The notes: a model not told the origin generated them from the sequence alone. DNA of 64,000 nucleotides from Desulfurispira natronophila (GCF_014203025.1 NZ_JACHID010000010.1:12688-76687); one strand, 5' to 3'. Positions 29,964-41,024 are shown, counted from the stretch's first letter. A program made the numbers and translations.

Positions 29964-31322
29964 TCACGAGTGCAGTCGCACCTGGCGTGAAATGAGAAAG
30001 GCCATCTCCAGGCTTTGAGAGTAGTTGAGGCGAGGGTCACAGGTGCTTACGTAGTTGCGCGCCAAGTCTTTGTCTTGCAGATTGGCGCTTCCGCCAGTGC
30101 ATTCCGTGACGTCTTCCCCGGTGAGTTCAAAGTGTACTCCTGCCAGAGTGGAGCTGTTTTCCTGATGGATGCGAAAGCACGACTCCAGCTCTCCTTCTAT
30201 GTGATCAAAAGTGCGGGTCTTGATGCCGCCTGACACGGTGCGGGTATTGCCGTGCATGGGGTCGCAGCTCCATGTTACTGACGTCTTGGACTGGTGAATA
30301 TGTCGCAGCAGCGGTGGCAGGGCTTTTTCCACTCGCTCCATTCCCATGCGGGTAATCAGGGTTACTTTCCCTTCTTCATTGGCGGGATTCAGCCGTCGCA
30401 ACAATTCTATCACCTCTTCCGGGTCAGCGTCGGGACCGATTTTTACTCCTACGGGGTTGGCAAGCCCGCGGCAGTATTCCACGTGAGCGCCATCCAGCTG
30501 CCGGGTTCGTTCACCGATCCACAGCATGTGAGCTCCCATATTGTAGTAGCGCCCGGAACTCGGATCACGGTGGGTCAGGGCACTTTCATACTCCAGCAGC
30601 AGACCTTCATGGGAAGTGAAGAAGTCCACACTGGCCAAAAGATAGGAGTCGACACCACAGGACTCCATAAAGTGAATGGCGTCAAGAATGGTTTCTACGA
30701 TATCCCGATACTCTTCCCACTTTTTGGCTTTCTCGATAGAGTGCAGCTTCCAGGCAAAGGCGTGGCGCAGGTCGGCAAACCCTCCATTGATCATGGCACG
30801 AATGTAGTTGAGGGTCAGGGCGGAGCGGGAGTAGGCCTGCATTAAGCGCTGGGGGTCGGGAACGCGCCTGGCGGCATCCAGTTCGTAGTCGTTGACCGCA
30901 TCCCCACGATAGCTGGGATAAGATACCCCGTTAACAGTTTCCTCGGCACTTGAGCGAGGCTTGGCATACTGCCCGGCAATGCGCCCCAGACGGACGACCG
31001 GCTTGCGAGTGCCGTAGGTGAGGATCAGACTCATTTGCAAGAGGATCTTCATTTTATTGGTGATGTTGGCCTGGGTGCACTCGCTAAAACGCTCGGCACA
31101 ATCGCCACCCTGCAAGATGAAGCGTTGCCCCGCTGCCGCTGCGCCCATCTGTTTTTTTAACTGCTCAATTTCGGTGGGGTAGACCAGGGGTGGCAAGGTG
31201 CGCAGCGAATCCAGTGTGCTTTGCAGAAGTTCTTTATCCGGGTAGGCGGGTTGTTGCCGGGCGGGAAGCTCGCGCCAGCCAGTGGGGCTCCAGGGTTGTT
31301 GGTCTTGATGGTGCTGTGTCAT
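29964..31322 (-). CDS. 3-deoxy-7-phosphoheptulonate (DAHP) synthase, class II
   Basis: RFILQGGDCAERF and overall length about 450 aa typical of class II DAHPS. Start placed at MTQHHQ (31322), because the longer track ORF start (31358) runs into a MITE fragment. Confidence 0.8.
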   Translation of the reverse strand: MTQHHQDQQPWSPTGWRELPARQQPAYPDKELLQSTLDSLRTLPPLVYPTEIEQLKKQMGAAAAGQRFILQGGDCAERFSECTQANITNKMKILLQMSLILTYGTRKPVVRLGRIAGQYAKPRSSAEETVNGVSYPSYRGDAVNDYELDAARRVPDPQRLMQAYSRSALTLNYIRAMINGGFADLRHAFAWKLHSIEKAKKWEEYRDIVETILDAIHFMESCGVDSYLLASVDFFTSHEGLLLEYESALTHRDPSSGRYYNMGAHMLWIGERTRQLDGAHVEYCRGLANPVGVKIGPDADPEEVIELLRRLNPANEEGKVTLITRMGMERVEKALPPLLRHIHQSKTSVTWSCDPMHGNTRTVSGGIKTRTFDHIEGELESCFRIHQENSSTLAGVHFELTGEDVTECTGGSANLQDKDLARNYVSTCDPRLNYSQSLEMAFLISRQVRLHS

Positions 31323-31370
31323 GGGATTTATCCTCATTTGCCTGTCGATTGAGAGCATTTCAGCAAGCTG
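31323..31370. repeat. MITE-like repeat fragment, copy D (right-end 48 bp) in the 5-prime leader of the class II DAHPS gene
   Basis: gggatttatcctcatttgcctgtcgattgagagcatttcagcaagctg versus copy B aggatttttcatttgcctgtcgattaagagtatttcagcaagctg. Confidence 0.65.
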
Positions 31371-31604
31371 CTAACGATTCACGGCAGCAGTATGTTGATA
31401 TTTTCTGCTTTTTTCAAGGAAATTGCCTTGGTAATTTGTTCCGGTACTGCAGTATTGGGTTGAGGATGAATTCTGTGGTAGTATCCTGGGTTGAGTGAAG
31501 AGTGCCACTTTGCCTCCCAGAGGCCCTGTCTGCAGGTTATCGCAGTTGTTGAGGGGGTGTCTGGGCTTTTATGGTTACACACAACGTTTTCAGGAGTGTT
31601 TGTC

Positions 31605-32396
31605 ATGATGTTTGAGTACTTGCTCTATCTCATCGTTATCTTTGTGGTTCTTTTCCTGGCCAGCGCCATTCGCATTTTGCGGGAGTATGAGCGTGGGGTT
31701 GTCTTTATGCTGGGACGCTTCTGGAAGGTCAAGGGCCCCGGTCTGATCATCCTCATTCCTGCCATCCAGCAGATGGTGCGGGTTGATTTGCGCATTATTA
31801 CCATGGACGTACCCAGCCAGGACGTTATTTCCCAGGATAACGTTTCGGTGCGGGTCAATGCTGTTCTCTACTTTCGGGTCATAGATCCCCAAAAAGCCGT
31901 TATCCAGGTGGAAAACTATTTTGATGCCACCAGTCAGCTGGCCCAGACTACTTTGCGCTCGGTACTGGGGAAGCACGAGCTGGATGAGATGCTTTCTGAG
32001 CGGGACAAACTCAATGATGATATTCAGGATATCATCGATAACCAGACCGATTCCTGGGGTATCAAGGTTACCAATGTGGAAATCAAGCATGTGGATATCA
32101 ACGAGAGTATGGTGCGTGCTATCGCTCAGCAGGCTGAGGCGGAGCGGACACGACGAGCGAAAATTATCCACGCCAGCGGTGAAATGGAAGCCTCGCAGAA
32201 GCTTTATGAGGCTGCCGAGGTGCTTTCGCAGAATCCCCAGGCTATTAATTTGCGCTACATGCAGACTCTGGCGGATATTGCCGGTGAGAAGAACACTTCA
32301 ACCATTGTCTTTCCCCTGCCTGTCGACCTGATGAGTGCCTTTACCAAGGTGGCCAACGCTATGGGGGGGAAGGGTAAAGATTCATCCCAGAGTTAA
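31605..32396 (+). CDS. SPFH/band-7 (stomatin-like) membrane protein
   Basis: N-terminal TM helix then SPFH domain (GVVFMLGRF...[13 protein letters not shown]...); RBS caggag. Confidence 0.85.
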   Translation: MMFEYLLYLIVIFVVLFLASAIRILREYERGVVFMLGRFWKVKGPGLIILIPAIQQMVRVDLRIITMDVPSQDVISQDNVSVRVNAVLYFRVIDPQKAVIQVENYFDATSQLAQTTLRSVLGKHELDEMLSERDKLNDDIQDIIDNQTDSWGIKVTNVEIKHVDINESMVRAIAQQAEAERTRRAKIIHASGEMEASQKLYEAAEVLSQNPQAINLRYMQTLADIAGEKNTSTIVFPLPVDLMSAFTKVANAMGGKGKDSSQS

Positions 32397-32455
32397 TTGG
32401 CTTCGCTCAGGCTGCAATATCAAGGCAAGGGTGTCAGCTGTTTGTCAGTACAAAT

Positions 32456-32490
32456 AAAAAAGCCGCTCCGTAAAATCGGAGCGGCTTTTG
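32456..32490. terminator. Bidirectional rho-independent terminator between convergent SPFH and ferredoxin genes
   Basis: aaaaaGCCGCTCCGtaaaatCGGAGCGGCttttg: 9-bp GC-rich stem with T/A runs on both sides. Confidence 0.75.
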
Positions 32491-32515
32491 CACTTCGTGT
32501 TGGTGTGCAGAAGAA

Positions 32516-32722
<207 letters not shown>

Positions 32723-32803
32723 TCAATATACAACGTTAAATGGCAACTTATAGTTGGCATGATCGCTTGTCAAGTCTTTTTGCACTCTTTACGCGGCTCC
32801 GCT

Positions 32804-33880
32804 TTACTGGGAGTTATTCGCAGCAATTTTTCGAGATGCACTCTCTGTCACAGCTGCGGCAACTACCTGGGGCAGGCTTTGGTCTGATGGAGTGCTAAGC
32901 AGTTGACGCAACTCGCGGGAGCGCTCCAGGAAGCGGGTGGGGTCAGTGTCGCTCATGGCCTGCAGCAGATTTTCGGGAGTTACTTCTTTTTGGATATACT
33001 CCAGGTGGACAGGTTCACGGCCCGCATAACTCAGGATTACGTTGGAAAGACCCACATAGGGCAGTTTGACAAACCTTCTGGCTATCCAGTAGTCAATTGG
33101 TTTGGCCTGATATGCCAGAGCAAAAGGAGTTCCGATCAGGGCGGCCTCAAGGGTGGCGGTGCCGGAGCAGATCCAGGCGAAGCGCGATTGGTGCAGGGCT
33201 TCGTGGGTAGAGCGGCTGATTTCAAATCCACTGATGTCTCCGTAGAGGCGCTGGATGTCGGCTTTATCGAAATGTGGCGGGATTACCAGTAGTTTACGGT
33301 CGCTCAGCTTTGCTGCTACTTCGCGGTAAACGGGCATCAGGCGGGATATCTCTCCCCGCCGACTGCCGGGCAGGAAGGCCACGGTTCTCTCGGTGGTAGC
33401 CGCTTCCTTGAAGGTGCTGATCTCCTCCATCAGTGGGTGGCCCACATAGATAGCACTGCTCCAGACTGACTTTTCAAATGGCAGGATGCAGGCCTGTATG
33501 TCGGTAGTGGACTCCACCAGGGGGATTCGGGATGGTCGCCAGGCCCAGACTTGGGGAAGAATATAGTAGATAATTTTCGCGTGAGGGTGTTGGCGTTTGA
33601 TGGCCTTGGCCAGGGTGATGTGAAAGCCGGAGGAGTCGATCATGAGCACCGCGTCACAGTGGGGTGCCCGCTCCACCATGTCTCGCACAGCCAGCCGGGC
33701 CAGGGGCAGTTTGGCAATGGCATCAGCAAAGCCCATGATTGAGAAGTCTTTGCTGTCGTAAAGGGGTGTTCCCAGGCTGCCACTGAAGATACCTTCAATC
33801 TCCACCGATCCAAGCTGACCCAGCAGGCGTTCAAGGTGGACATTGGCGGAAGGTTCCAGGGCGCTGACAAGTAATTTCAT
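32804..33880 (-). CDS. lpxB: Lipid-A-disaccharide synthase
   Basis: 358 aa GT19-family; MKLLVSALEPSANVHLERL..., typical LpxB length and N-terminus. Confidence 0.88.
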   Translation of the reverse strand: MKLLVSALEPSANVHLERLLGQLGSVEIEGIFSGSLGTPLYDSKDFSIMGFADAIAKLPLARLAVRDMVERAPHCDAVLMIDSSGFHITLAKAIKRQHPHAKIIYYILPQVWAWRPSRIPLVESTTDIQACILPFEKSVWSSAIYVGHPLMEEISTFKEAATTERTVAFLPGSRRGEISRLMPVYREVAAKLSDRKLLVIPPHFDKADIQRLYGDISGFEISRSTHEALHQSRFAWICSGTATLEAALIGTPFALAYQAKPIDYWIARRFVKLPYVGLSNVILSYAGREPVHLEYIQKEVTPENLLQAMSDTDPTRFLERSRELRQLLSTPSDQSLPQVVAAAVTESASRKIAANNSQ

Positions 33881-34318
33881 CTCATTTCCTTTGCGATAAA
33901 GGTCGCGTTCAAAAAGACCTATCGTGCTCTTGCTGTGTCAACACAGAAGCGTCATTAACTTCATCACCTGCTTATTTCCAGAGCAAACTAAGGCCAGAAC
34001 CTAACAGGGATGAACAGGATGCAGGGGATGGGAGAGGGATGAGCTGGTAGCGTGTAAAGGATAGTTGGTAGTCGCAGCGAGCTGTCAGATAAAACCTGCT
34101 GTGGGGTGGATAAGTGTTAGTGCATCCACCAGGCAGTATAATCTTGCTCTATCGATTTCATCCCTTTCAACCCCCTCCATCCCTGTTAAGTTTCTTATCT
34201 TGTCTGCCTTTTTGTCGGCTGTTTCGTACAGTGAAGCGGGTGGCCCAAAAGCTTTCTTGCCACAAACAAAGAGTGACAATAACCGGCAGGTGAACGGTGA
34301 GACGGCATGAGTGCTGGG

Positions 34319-36508
34319 CTACTTGACCTCCAGCACAAAGGGCAGACTGCGCACGCGGGTGCGCAGGTGACTGAGCTGGTCCTTGTGGTTGACTTCCACG
34401 GTAAACTCCAGCAGCACTTCGGAGCGGCTGGTGTCTTTTTTCACCATGCGAATATTGGTAATATTGGCCTTGTTGTCTCCCAGCACGCTGCTGATGCCCG
34501 CCAGCACTCCGGGTTGATCCTTGCAAAGGGTGGTGAAGTTGGCGGTATAGATATTTTTGACGGCAGCCTCACTCCAATTGGCCTCAATAAGGCGCTCCTG
34601 GAAGGCGTCGCTCATTTGGGGGCACTCTTGTTTGTGGATGCTGATACCGCGGCCATGGGTGACGTAGCCCACTATGGGGTCGCCAGGCAGTGGGGCGCAG
34701 CAGTTGGCTACCCGAATAAGGACGTCGGAAACGCCTTTGATTTCAATGGTAGAGCCCTGTGAAACGGCTTGCTGGCGTTCCCGTGCTCCTTCCAGTACAA
34801 CTTCGTCACGCTGTTTGCCGATTTCCTTTTGTTGCTGCCGCTTGGCGTCATGGTCCTCAAACAGTTTTTCCAGCAGGGTTTTGGTGTCGATCTTGTAAAG
34901 GCCGATGGCTTTGAGCAGCTCGTCAAGATTGGCCATATGCGACAGTTCTACCAGGCGTTCCCGCTGTTTTGATCCGATGCTTTCCAGGGACTTGCGATAT
35001 CGGCGCAGACCCTTTTCCAGTATTTCCCGTCCGCTTTCAATGGCCTTTTGCCGCTCCATCTTGTTCAGATAGGCATTGATGCGGATGCGAGCCCGGTTGG
35101 TGCGCACAAACTTGAGCCAGTCCTTGCGGGGGTGTTGCTTGTCGCTGGTGAGGACGTCTACGGTGTCGCCATTTTGCAGTTGATGGCGTATCCCCACCAT
35201 TTTGCCGTTGACGTAGGCGCCGGTGCAGTGCTGGCCGATTTCGCTGTGTATGGAGAAGGCAAAGTCCAGCACTGTGGATTCATCGGGAAGTTCAATCGTA
35301 TCTCCCTTGGGGGTGAAGACGTAGACTTCTTTGACATAGAGCTCCTGCCGCAGGGCCTTGAGGAATTCGCTTGAATCCTCGAACTCTTCCACCCCACCTT
35401 CCAGGATGCTTTTGAGCCAGGCAAAGCGCTGGGTTTCGTCGTTTTCGGGGTTGACTCCCTCTTTATAGGCCCAGTGGGCAGCGATGCCTTCCTCGGCTAT
35501 TTTATGCATTTCCTTGGTGCGGATCTGAAATTCTACCTTGTGGCCATCCGGGCCAATAACCGTGGTGTGCAGCGACTGATAGAGATTGGACTTGGGGTTG
35601 GTGATGTAGTCCTTGAGGCGGTTGGGTACGGCTCGCCACAGCCGGTGGATCTCTCCAAGCACCAGGTAGCACTCGGAGACACTTTCCGTAACTATACGCA
35701 GTGCCAGCAGATCAAAGAGCTCTCGCGGCGTTACGTTCTGGCGTTTTATTTTCTTGTAGATGCTGTAGTAGTACTTTGGTCGACCCTGCACCTCGTAGTT
35801 GATTCCCAGGGCGTTCAACTGGGCGCTTATCTTGGTGATGAGCTCATCTACGTAGGTTCGTCGGTCCCCTTCCCTGGGCTCTACCTCACGCCGGATCATT
35901 TCGTAGGCTTCCGGGTCGCAGTGCTGCAGGGAGAGGTCTTCCAGCTCCGTTTTCATCCAGTTAATCCCCAGGCGGTGAGCCAGGGGTGCGTAAATGTCCA
36001 GAGTTTCCTGGCCGATGACTTTTCGTTTTTCGGCAGGCATGTGCTCCAGGGTGCGGATGTTGTGCAGGCGATCTGCCAACTTAATCAGCAACACCCGGAT
36101 GTCCTTGGCCATAGCAATGAGCATTTTGCGCAGAGTTTCTGCCTTGACGTCAGAAGACTTGTTGCTGCGGCCTACCATGGTCTCGATTTTGGTGACGCCA
36201 TCTACGAGAAAGGCAACATCGTGACCGAAGAGTTGCTGCAGCTCTTCGAATGTGGTTTCAGTGTCTTCTATAGTATCGTGCAGCAGTCCGGCGGAGATGG
36301 TGTAGGGGTCCAGGTTCATGGTGGCCAGCAGATAAGAGACGGCCAGGGGATGGCTGATGTAAGGCTCCCCTGATTTGCGCCTGATTCCCCGGTGAGCCTG
36401 GGCTGCGTAAATATAAGCCTTGTTTATGGGTGTCAGGTCAGCGTCTTTGTGGCGACGCTGAACTTCCTGAAGTATATCGTTGATTCGGATCATCTGGGTC
36501 ATGTTCAC
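34319..36508 (-). CDS. Bifunctional (p)ppGpp synthetase/hydrolase (RelA/SpoT family)
   Basis: HD domain (HPLAVSYLL...HDTIEDT), RelA_SpoT synthetase domain, TGS and ACT C-terminal domains; 729 aa. Confidence 0.93.
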   Translation of the reverse strand: MNMTQMIRINDILQEVQRRHKDADLTPINKAYIYAAQAHRGIRRKSGEPYISHPLAVSYLLATMNLDPYTISAGLLHDTIEDTETTFEELQQLFGHDVAFLVDGVTKIETMVGRSNKSSDVKAETLRKMLIAMAKDIRVLLIKLADRLHNIRTLEHMPAEKRKVIGQETLDIYAPLAHRLGINWMKTELEDLSLQHCDPEAYEMIRREVEPREGDRRTYVDELITKISAQLNALGINYEVQGRPKYYYSIYKKIKRQNVTPRELFDLLALRIVTESVSECYLVLGEIHRLWRAVPNRLKDYITNPKSNLYQSLHTTVIGPDGHKVEFQIRTKEMHKIAEEGIAAHWAYKEGVNPENDETQRFAWLKSILEGGVEEFEDSSEFLKALRQELYVKEVYVFTPKGDTIELPDESTVLDFAFSIHSEIGQHCTGAYVNGKMVGIRHQLQNGDTVDVLTSDKQHPRKDWLKFVRTNRARIRINAYLNKMERQKAIESGREILEKGLRRYRKSLESIGSKQRERLVELSHMANLDELLKAIGLYKIDTKTLLEKLFEDHDAKRQQQKEIGKQRDEVVLEGARERQQAVSQGSTIEIKGVSDVLIRVANCCAPLPGDPIVGYVTHGRGISIHKQECPQMSDAFQERLIEANWSEAAVKNIYTANFTTLCKDQPGVLAGISSVLGDNKANITNIRMVKKDTSRSEVLLEFTVEVNHKDQLSHLRTRVRSLPFVLEVK

Positions 36509-36716
36509 CTCTTGTCAGCAAACATGTTTTGTATCCTTTCGCTCTGTCTTTGGCAAGATTTATTGCCAAAGTCTGCAGGGGGCCTGTCAGTTTGACATTA
36601 AATTTTATGGGTCTCCCGGGCTTGGTGCCTGAGGTGATCTCGGCGCTGCGGGATTTTTCCAGGCATTGAGACCTGAGCAGCAGACTGAGTACTGGCAGGG
36701 GACGTAAAGTCTTCAG

Positions 36717-36745
36717 TTGCAATTGCAGCTGAAGATGTGTATAAG
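36717..36745 (+). promoter_or_regulatory. Putative sigma70-type promoter for rpsB-tsf (TTGCAA-N17-TATAAG), embedded in a 24-bp near-palindrome
   Basis: -35 TTGCAA (36717-22), 17-nt spacer, -10 TATAAG (36740-45); about 90 nt upstream of rpsB ATG; overlaps palindrome cttcagttgcaattgcagctgaag (36711-36734). Confidence 0.45.
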
Positions 36746-36837
36746 ATCGGGGTTTGCCAACAACACACGCACCTCTTCTCCACCGTCCTGCACAGCGGGT
36801 CAAGTATGGGGTGCGGAGGAAAGAACGGAGGATTTTT

Positions 36838-37614
36838 ATGCCGACTATTACTATGAAAGAACTTTTGGAGGCTGGTGTACATTTCGGCCACCAGACTCGC
36901 CGCTGGAACCCAAAGATGAAGAAGTACATCTTCAGCTCACGCAATGGGATCCATATTATCGACCTGCAAAAGACGCTGAAGCTTTTCAAGCGTGCCTATG
37001 AAGAGGCCCGCCTTGATGCTCGCGACGGAGCCAAGTTTCTCTTTGTTGGCACCAAAAAGCAGGCCCAGGACTCTATTCGCGAGGAAGCTGCTCGTTGTGG
37101 CATGTACTTTGTCAACCACCGTTGGTTGGGGGGGCTGCTTACCAACTTTGGAACTATCCGCAAGCGCGTAGAGCGCCTGAAGTACCTGGATGGACTGGCT
37201 GAAGAGGGTTATCCCGGCTACTCCAAGCTGGAAGCCAGCCGCATGGACAAGGAGCGAGAAAAGCTGGAGCGTAACCTGGGTGGTATTCGGAACATGGAAA
37301 AGGTTCCTGATGTTATGATTATCATCGATCCACGTAACGAGCACAACGCTGTGTTGGAAGCTCGTTGTCTCGGTATAAAGACCGTTGCCATTGTAGACTC
37401 CAACTGCGATCCAGATTTGATTGATATTCCCATTCCCGGTAACGACGACGCTATTCGCGCCATTCGCCTGATTTGCTCCAAGCTGGCTGATGCTATTTTG
37501 GAGGGCAATGCCCAGCTCGACCAGCAGGATGTTTCAGAGCAAGTTGCCGAGGGTGAGGAAGCTGCCGCCGCGCCGGAGGCTGCGGAAGAAACAACTCAGA
37601 CTGCTGCCCAATAA
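36838..37614 (+). CDS. rpsB: 30S ribosomal protein S2
   Basis: [27 protein letters not shown]...; start chosen at internal Met with RBS ggagga. Confidence 0.95.
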   Translation: MPTITMKELLEAGVHFGHQTRRWNPKMKKYIFSSRNGIHIIDLQKTLKLFKRAYEEARLDARDGAKFLFVGTKKQAQDSIREEAARCGMYFVNHRWLGGLLTNFGTIRKRVERLKYLDGLAEEGYPGYSKLEASRMDKEREKLERNLGGIRNMEKVPDVMIIIDPRNEHNAVLEARCLGIKTVAIVDSNCDPDLIDIPIPGNDDAIRAIRLICSKLADAILEGNAQLDQQDVSEQVAEGEEAAAAPEAAEETTQTAAQ

Positions 37615-37650
37615 ACCGAACCATCAATTTTACGAGGAGACAATACTATA

Positions 37651-38526
37651 ATGAGCACAATCACAGCCAGCATGGTTAAGGAGCTTCGGGAAAAAACCGG
37701 AGCGGGAATGATGGACTGTAAAAAAGCCCTGGGCGAAACCAGTGGCGATATGGAAGCCGCTGTAGACTATCTGCGCACCAAAGGCCTGGCTGCTGCTGCC
37801 AAAAAAGCGGGACGCGTGGCGGCTGAAGGTATGGTCGTTGACTACTGCGATGGCAAGGTTGGGGTTATTACCGAGATCAACTCTGAGACAGACTTTGTGG
37901 CCAAAAACGAAGAGTTTCAGCAGTTTGCCGCTGATGTGGCCAAAACAGTGGCTACGGAAAATCCAGCTGATATCGATGCGCTGCAGCAGTGCAAGCTTGC
38001 TGAAGGCACGGTCAATGAAGTGCTGAACCAGAAAATAGCCAAAATTGGCGAAAACATGTCTCTGCGTCGTTTTGCCCGTATGGAGGGCAGCAACGTAGCT
38101 ACCTATATCCACATGGGTGGCAAGATCGGGGTACTGGTAAATCTGGAAGGCGGCGACAATGAGCTCGCCAAGGACATCTGCCTTCACATTGCAGCCATGA
38201 ACCCACAGTTCCTGGATCAGTCCCAGGTAGATCCGGATTTTGTGGCCCGTGAAGAAGTTATCTTCACCACCAAGGCCCAGGAAGAGGGAAAACCGGAGAA
38301 AATTATTCCCAATATTGTCAAGGGTCAGGTTGCCAAGCGCCTCAAAGAGGTTTGCCTCCTCAATCAGCCCTTTGTGAAAAACCCGGACCAGACTATCGAG
38401 CAGCTGCTCAAGGAAAAGGGTGCCACACTCATCGCCTTTACCCGCTTTGGGTTGGGTGAGGGAATTGAGAAGAAAGAGTGCAACTTTGCTGAAGAGGTTC
38501 AGCAACAGGTACAGGCATCACGCTAG
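37651..38526 (+). CDS. tsf: Elongation factor Ts
   Basis: ITASMVKELREKTGAGMMDCKKAL... UBA-like N-terminus plus EF-Ts dimerisation domains. Confidence 0.95.
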   Translation: MSTITASMVKELREKTGAGMMDCKKALGETSGDMEAAVDYLRTKGLAAAAKKAGRVAAEGMVVDYCDGKVGVITEINSETDFVAKNEEFQQFAADVAKTVATENPADIDALQQCKLAEGTVNEVLNQKIAKIGENMSLRRFARMEGSNVATYIHMGGKIGVLVNLEGGDNELAKDICLHIAAMNPQFLDQSQVDPDFVAREEVIFTTKAQEEGKPEKIIPNIVKGQVAKRLKEVCLLNQPFVKNPDQTIEQLLKEKGATLIAFTRFGLGEGIEKKECNFAEEVQQQVQASR

Positions 38527-38535
38527 ATAAAACAA

Positions 38536-38568
38536 AGCTCAGGGCTTCGGCTCTGGGCTTTTTTTTTG
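38536..38568 (+). terminator. Rho-independent terminator after tsf
   Basis: cagggc ttcg gctctg stem (one G-U pair) followed by a TTTTTTTTT run. Confidence 0.55.
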
Positions 38569-38608
38569 CCAACTCTATTTTCACTATACTACTATACGCA
38601 GCGGGAGA

Positions 38609-39328
38609 ATGAAGAGCATGGGAAAGTACCAGCGGATTCTGTTGAAAATAAGTGGTGAGGCTCTTATGGGAGACCTGGGGTACGGCATTGACCCCAATGT
38701 CACCACGGAAATTGCCAAGGAAATTCGTGAAGCGGTGAAGAGTGGGGTCGAGGTGGCCATTGTAGTCGGTGGTGGCAATATCTTTCGCGGAGTGGCAGCC
38801 AGCACCAAGGGAATGGATCGCTCCACCGCTGATCACATGGGTATGCTGGCCACTATGATCAACTCCCTGGCCATGCAGGATGCTCTGGAAAAAATTGGTG
38901 TCTTTACCCGCGTCCTTTCGGCCATAGAAATGAAAGAGATATCCGAGCCTTATATTCGGCGTCGTGCAGTGCGTCACCTGGAAAAAGGGCGCGTGGTAAT
39001 ATTTGGTGCTGGAACCGGAAATCCGTACTTTTCCACAGATACTGCTGCCGCGCTTCGGGCCAATGAGATTAACGCCGAAGTTATCTTCAAGGCGACCTCC
39101 GTCGATGGCGTCTACGACTGCGATCCTCGCACCAACCCGTGTGCCGTGCGTTTTGAGAGCCTTTCCCACATGGAAATGCTCACCAGAGAACTTAAGGTTA
39201 TGGACAGCACTGCCGCCAGCTTATGTATGGACAACAAGATTCCCCTTGTGGTATTCAGTCTGAAGACTCCGGGTAATATTTACAGGGCCATTACTGGCGA
39301 AAAAATTGGAACATATATAGAGGGCTAA
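38609..39328 (+). CDS. pyrH: UMP kinase
   Basis: [13 protein letters not shown]..., [10 protein letters not shown] motifs. Confidence 0.95.
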   Translation: MKSMGKYQRILLKISGEALMGDLGYGIDPNVTTEIAKEIREAVKSGVEVAIVVGGGNIFRGVAASTKGMDRSTADHMGMLATMINSLAMQDALEKIGVFTRVLSAIEMKEISEPYIRRRAVRHLEKGRVVIFGAGTGNPYFSTDTAAALRANEINAEVIFKATSVDGVYDCDPRTNPCAVRFESLSHMEMLTRELKVMDSTAASLCMDNKIPLVVFSLKTPGNIYRAITGEKIGTYIEG

Positions 39329-39330
39329 TC

Positions 39331-39888
39331 ATGGTCAGCGAAGTTTATGATGAAATGAAAGAGAAGATGCAAAAAGCACTGGAAGCCACCCGCAAAGATT
39401 TTTCCACTCTGCGAACCGGCCGGGCCACAACCTCACTGTTGGATGGCATCAAGGTTGACTATTACGGAACCCCAACCCCCCTGCAGCAGGTGGGGACTAT
39501 TGCCACTCCCGATGCTACCACCATGACTATCCAACCATGGGAGGCCACTATGATCGGGGCTATTGAAAAGGCTATTCATGGTTCCAACCTGGGGGTTACT
39601 CCCAGCAATGATGGGCAAATGGTGCGTATTAACATACCGCCTTTGACGGAAGAGCGCCGCAAAGCGCTGGCCAAGCAGGTGAAAAAGTTTGCCGAAGAAG
39701 GCCGGGTTGCAGTGCGAAATGTTCGCCGCCAGGGTAACGAGATGATCAAGAGTTTTGAAAAGAGCAAGGATATCACTGAGGACGAAAGCAAGCGCGCTCA
39801 GGATGAGGTCCAAAAAATTACTGACAGCTTTGTCAAAAAAATTGATGAGTTGGCTGAGGCCAAGGAAAATGAACTCATGACCGTCTGA
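39331..39888 (+). CDS. frr: Ribosome recycling factor
   Basis: 185 aa; ...LRTGRATTSLLDGIKVDYYG... typical RRF. Confidence 0.95.
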   Translation: MVSEVYDEMKEKMQKALEATRKDFSTLRTGRATTSLLDGIKVDYYGTPTPLQQVGTIATPDATTMTIQPWEATMIGAIEKAIHGSNLGVTPSNDGQMVRINIPPLTEERRKALAKQVKKFAEEGRVAVRNVRRQGNEMIKSFEKSKDITEDESKRAQDEVQKITDSFVKKIDELAEAKENELMTV

Positions 39889-39920
39889 GTTGTGTTTTAT
39901 CATCACACACTCTTTGTGCG

Positions 39921-39966
39921 CAGAGCGCCTGGCTGCAACGTGGCCAGTGTCGCTCTGCTTTTGTAA
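39921..39966 (+). terminator. Probable rho-independent terminator after frr
   Basis: gcagagcgcctggc...gccagtgtcgctctgc imperfect hairpin followed by TTTTG. Confidence 0.5.
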
Positions 39967-40052
39967 TCTTGAAGCTTGAAGTGTGTCGTTCGCTTACGAG
40001 AACTTTTGGCAGCGCACTTCTGCTGGGTAGCGTTGTCAGCGCTACGGTGAAC

Positions 40053-40195
40053 GGGCTGCTTAAAAATATCCATCTGCGGTGTTGGATCGCTCGTCACTGC
40101 GACGCACTCAGGTTACCTTTTGTTTCTCGCTCTGCAAGTGCCTGGCACCTGGGTATTTTTACTTGCCTGTCTACTTGCAGTGGCTCAAAAAGCTG
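40053..40195. repeat. MITE-like repeat, diverged copy E, occupying the frr-cdsA spacer
   Basis: gggctgcttaaaaatatccatctgcggtgttgg.tcgctcgtcactgcgacg...ctctgcaagtgcctggcacctgggtatttttacttgcctgtc...caaaaagctg; about 75 percent identical to copy B. Confidence 0.6.
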
Positions 40196-40238
40196 TTAAA
40201 TATTGAATTATTCACATTCATGCAAGGATAGCTCATCC

Positions 40239-41021
40239 ATGAAACAACGCATAATCACCGCACTTATCGCCATACCTGCCGTACTGTGGCTGGTCGTGTG
40301 GTCGCCATACTACGTTTTTGGCTTTGTCTGCGCGGTGGCTGCCGCCCTTACTGCCAGTGAGTACTTCGCTTTTCGTGGTCACCGGGGTATGTTTAGCCTG
40401 TTGGGTATTTTCCTCTTTGTTTTTATCCTCAGCTTCAGTGTTCACCTGGCTTTTGCCGTCTTCGTATTGCTGGCGTTTAGCGCAATTGGGCTTCGCCTGC
40501 TGCGGGGAGACGACCTGGAGAACTATCTGTCGACTTCGGCCCAGTATGGCTTTGCCTTTCTCTACTTTGGTCTTGGTTACGGAGCCATGATACTTATCCG
40601 TGCGGAAGGCTACGAGCTACTGCTGGCCATGATGCTGGCGGTCTGGGCAGCGGATACCTTTGCCTATTTCGGAGGCAAGTTGCTGGGCAAGCACCCTATG
40701 TCCCCCGCTATCAGCCCCAACAAGACCTGGGAGGGCTTTGCTTTTGGTGTAGCGGGAGCTACTATCGTTTATGCCGTTACCCTGGCTTTTTATCCGGTTT
40801 CTTTTGCTGTTCATCCCGCTTTTATTGGTCTGGCAGTAGGGCTTGTTTCCATTGTGGGTGACCTGGTTGAGTCTGCCCTCAAGCGCTCTGCCGGCGTCAA
40901 GGACTCCGGCACTATTATAGCCGGGCATGGTGGCATCTTTGACCGTATGGACAGCATGGTTTATGTCGCGCCACTTTACCTGGTGGTTCTCTATACTCTG
41001 TTGCACCTGGGTGCCGTGTAG
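40239..41021 (+). CDS. cdsA: Phosphatidate cytidylyltransferase
   Basis: Polytopic membrane protein; C-terminal CTP-transferase signature region (...GDLVESALKRSAGVKDSG...GHGGIFDRMDS). Confidence 0.9.
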   Translation: MKQRIITALIAIPAVLWLVVWSPYYVFGFVCAVAAALTASEYFAFRGHRGMFSLLGIFLFVFILSFSVHLAFAVFVLLAFSAIGLRLLRGDDLENYLSTSAQYGFAFLYFGLGYGAMILIRAEGYELLLAMMLAVWAADTFAYFGGKLLGKHPMSPAISPNKTWEGFAFGVAGATIVYAVTLAFYPVSFAVHPAFIGLAVGLVSIVGDLVESALKRSAGVKDSGTIIAGHGGIFDRMDSMVYVAPLYLVVLYTLLHLGAV

Positions 41022-41024
41022 GAG

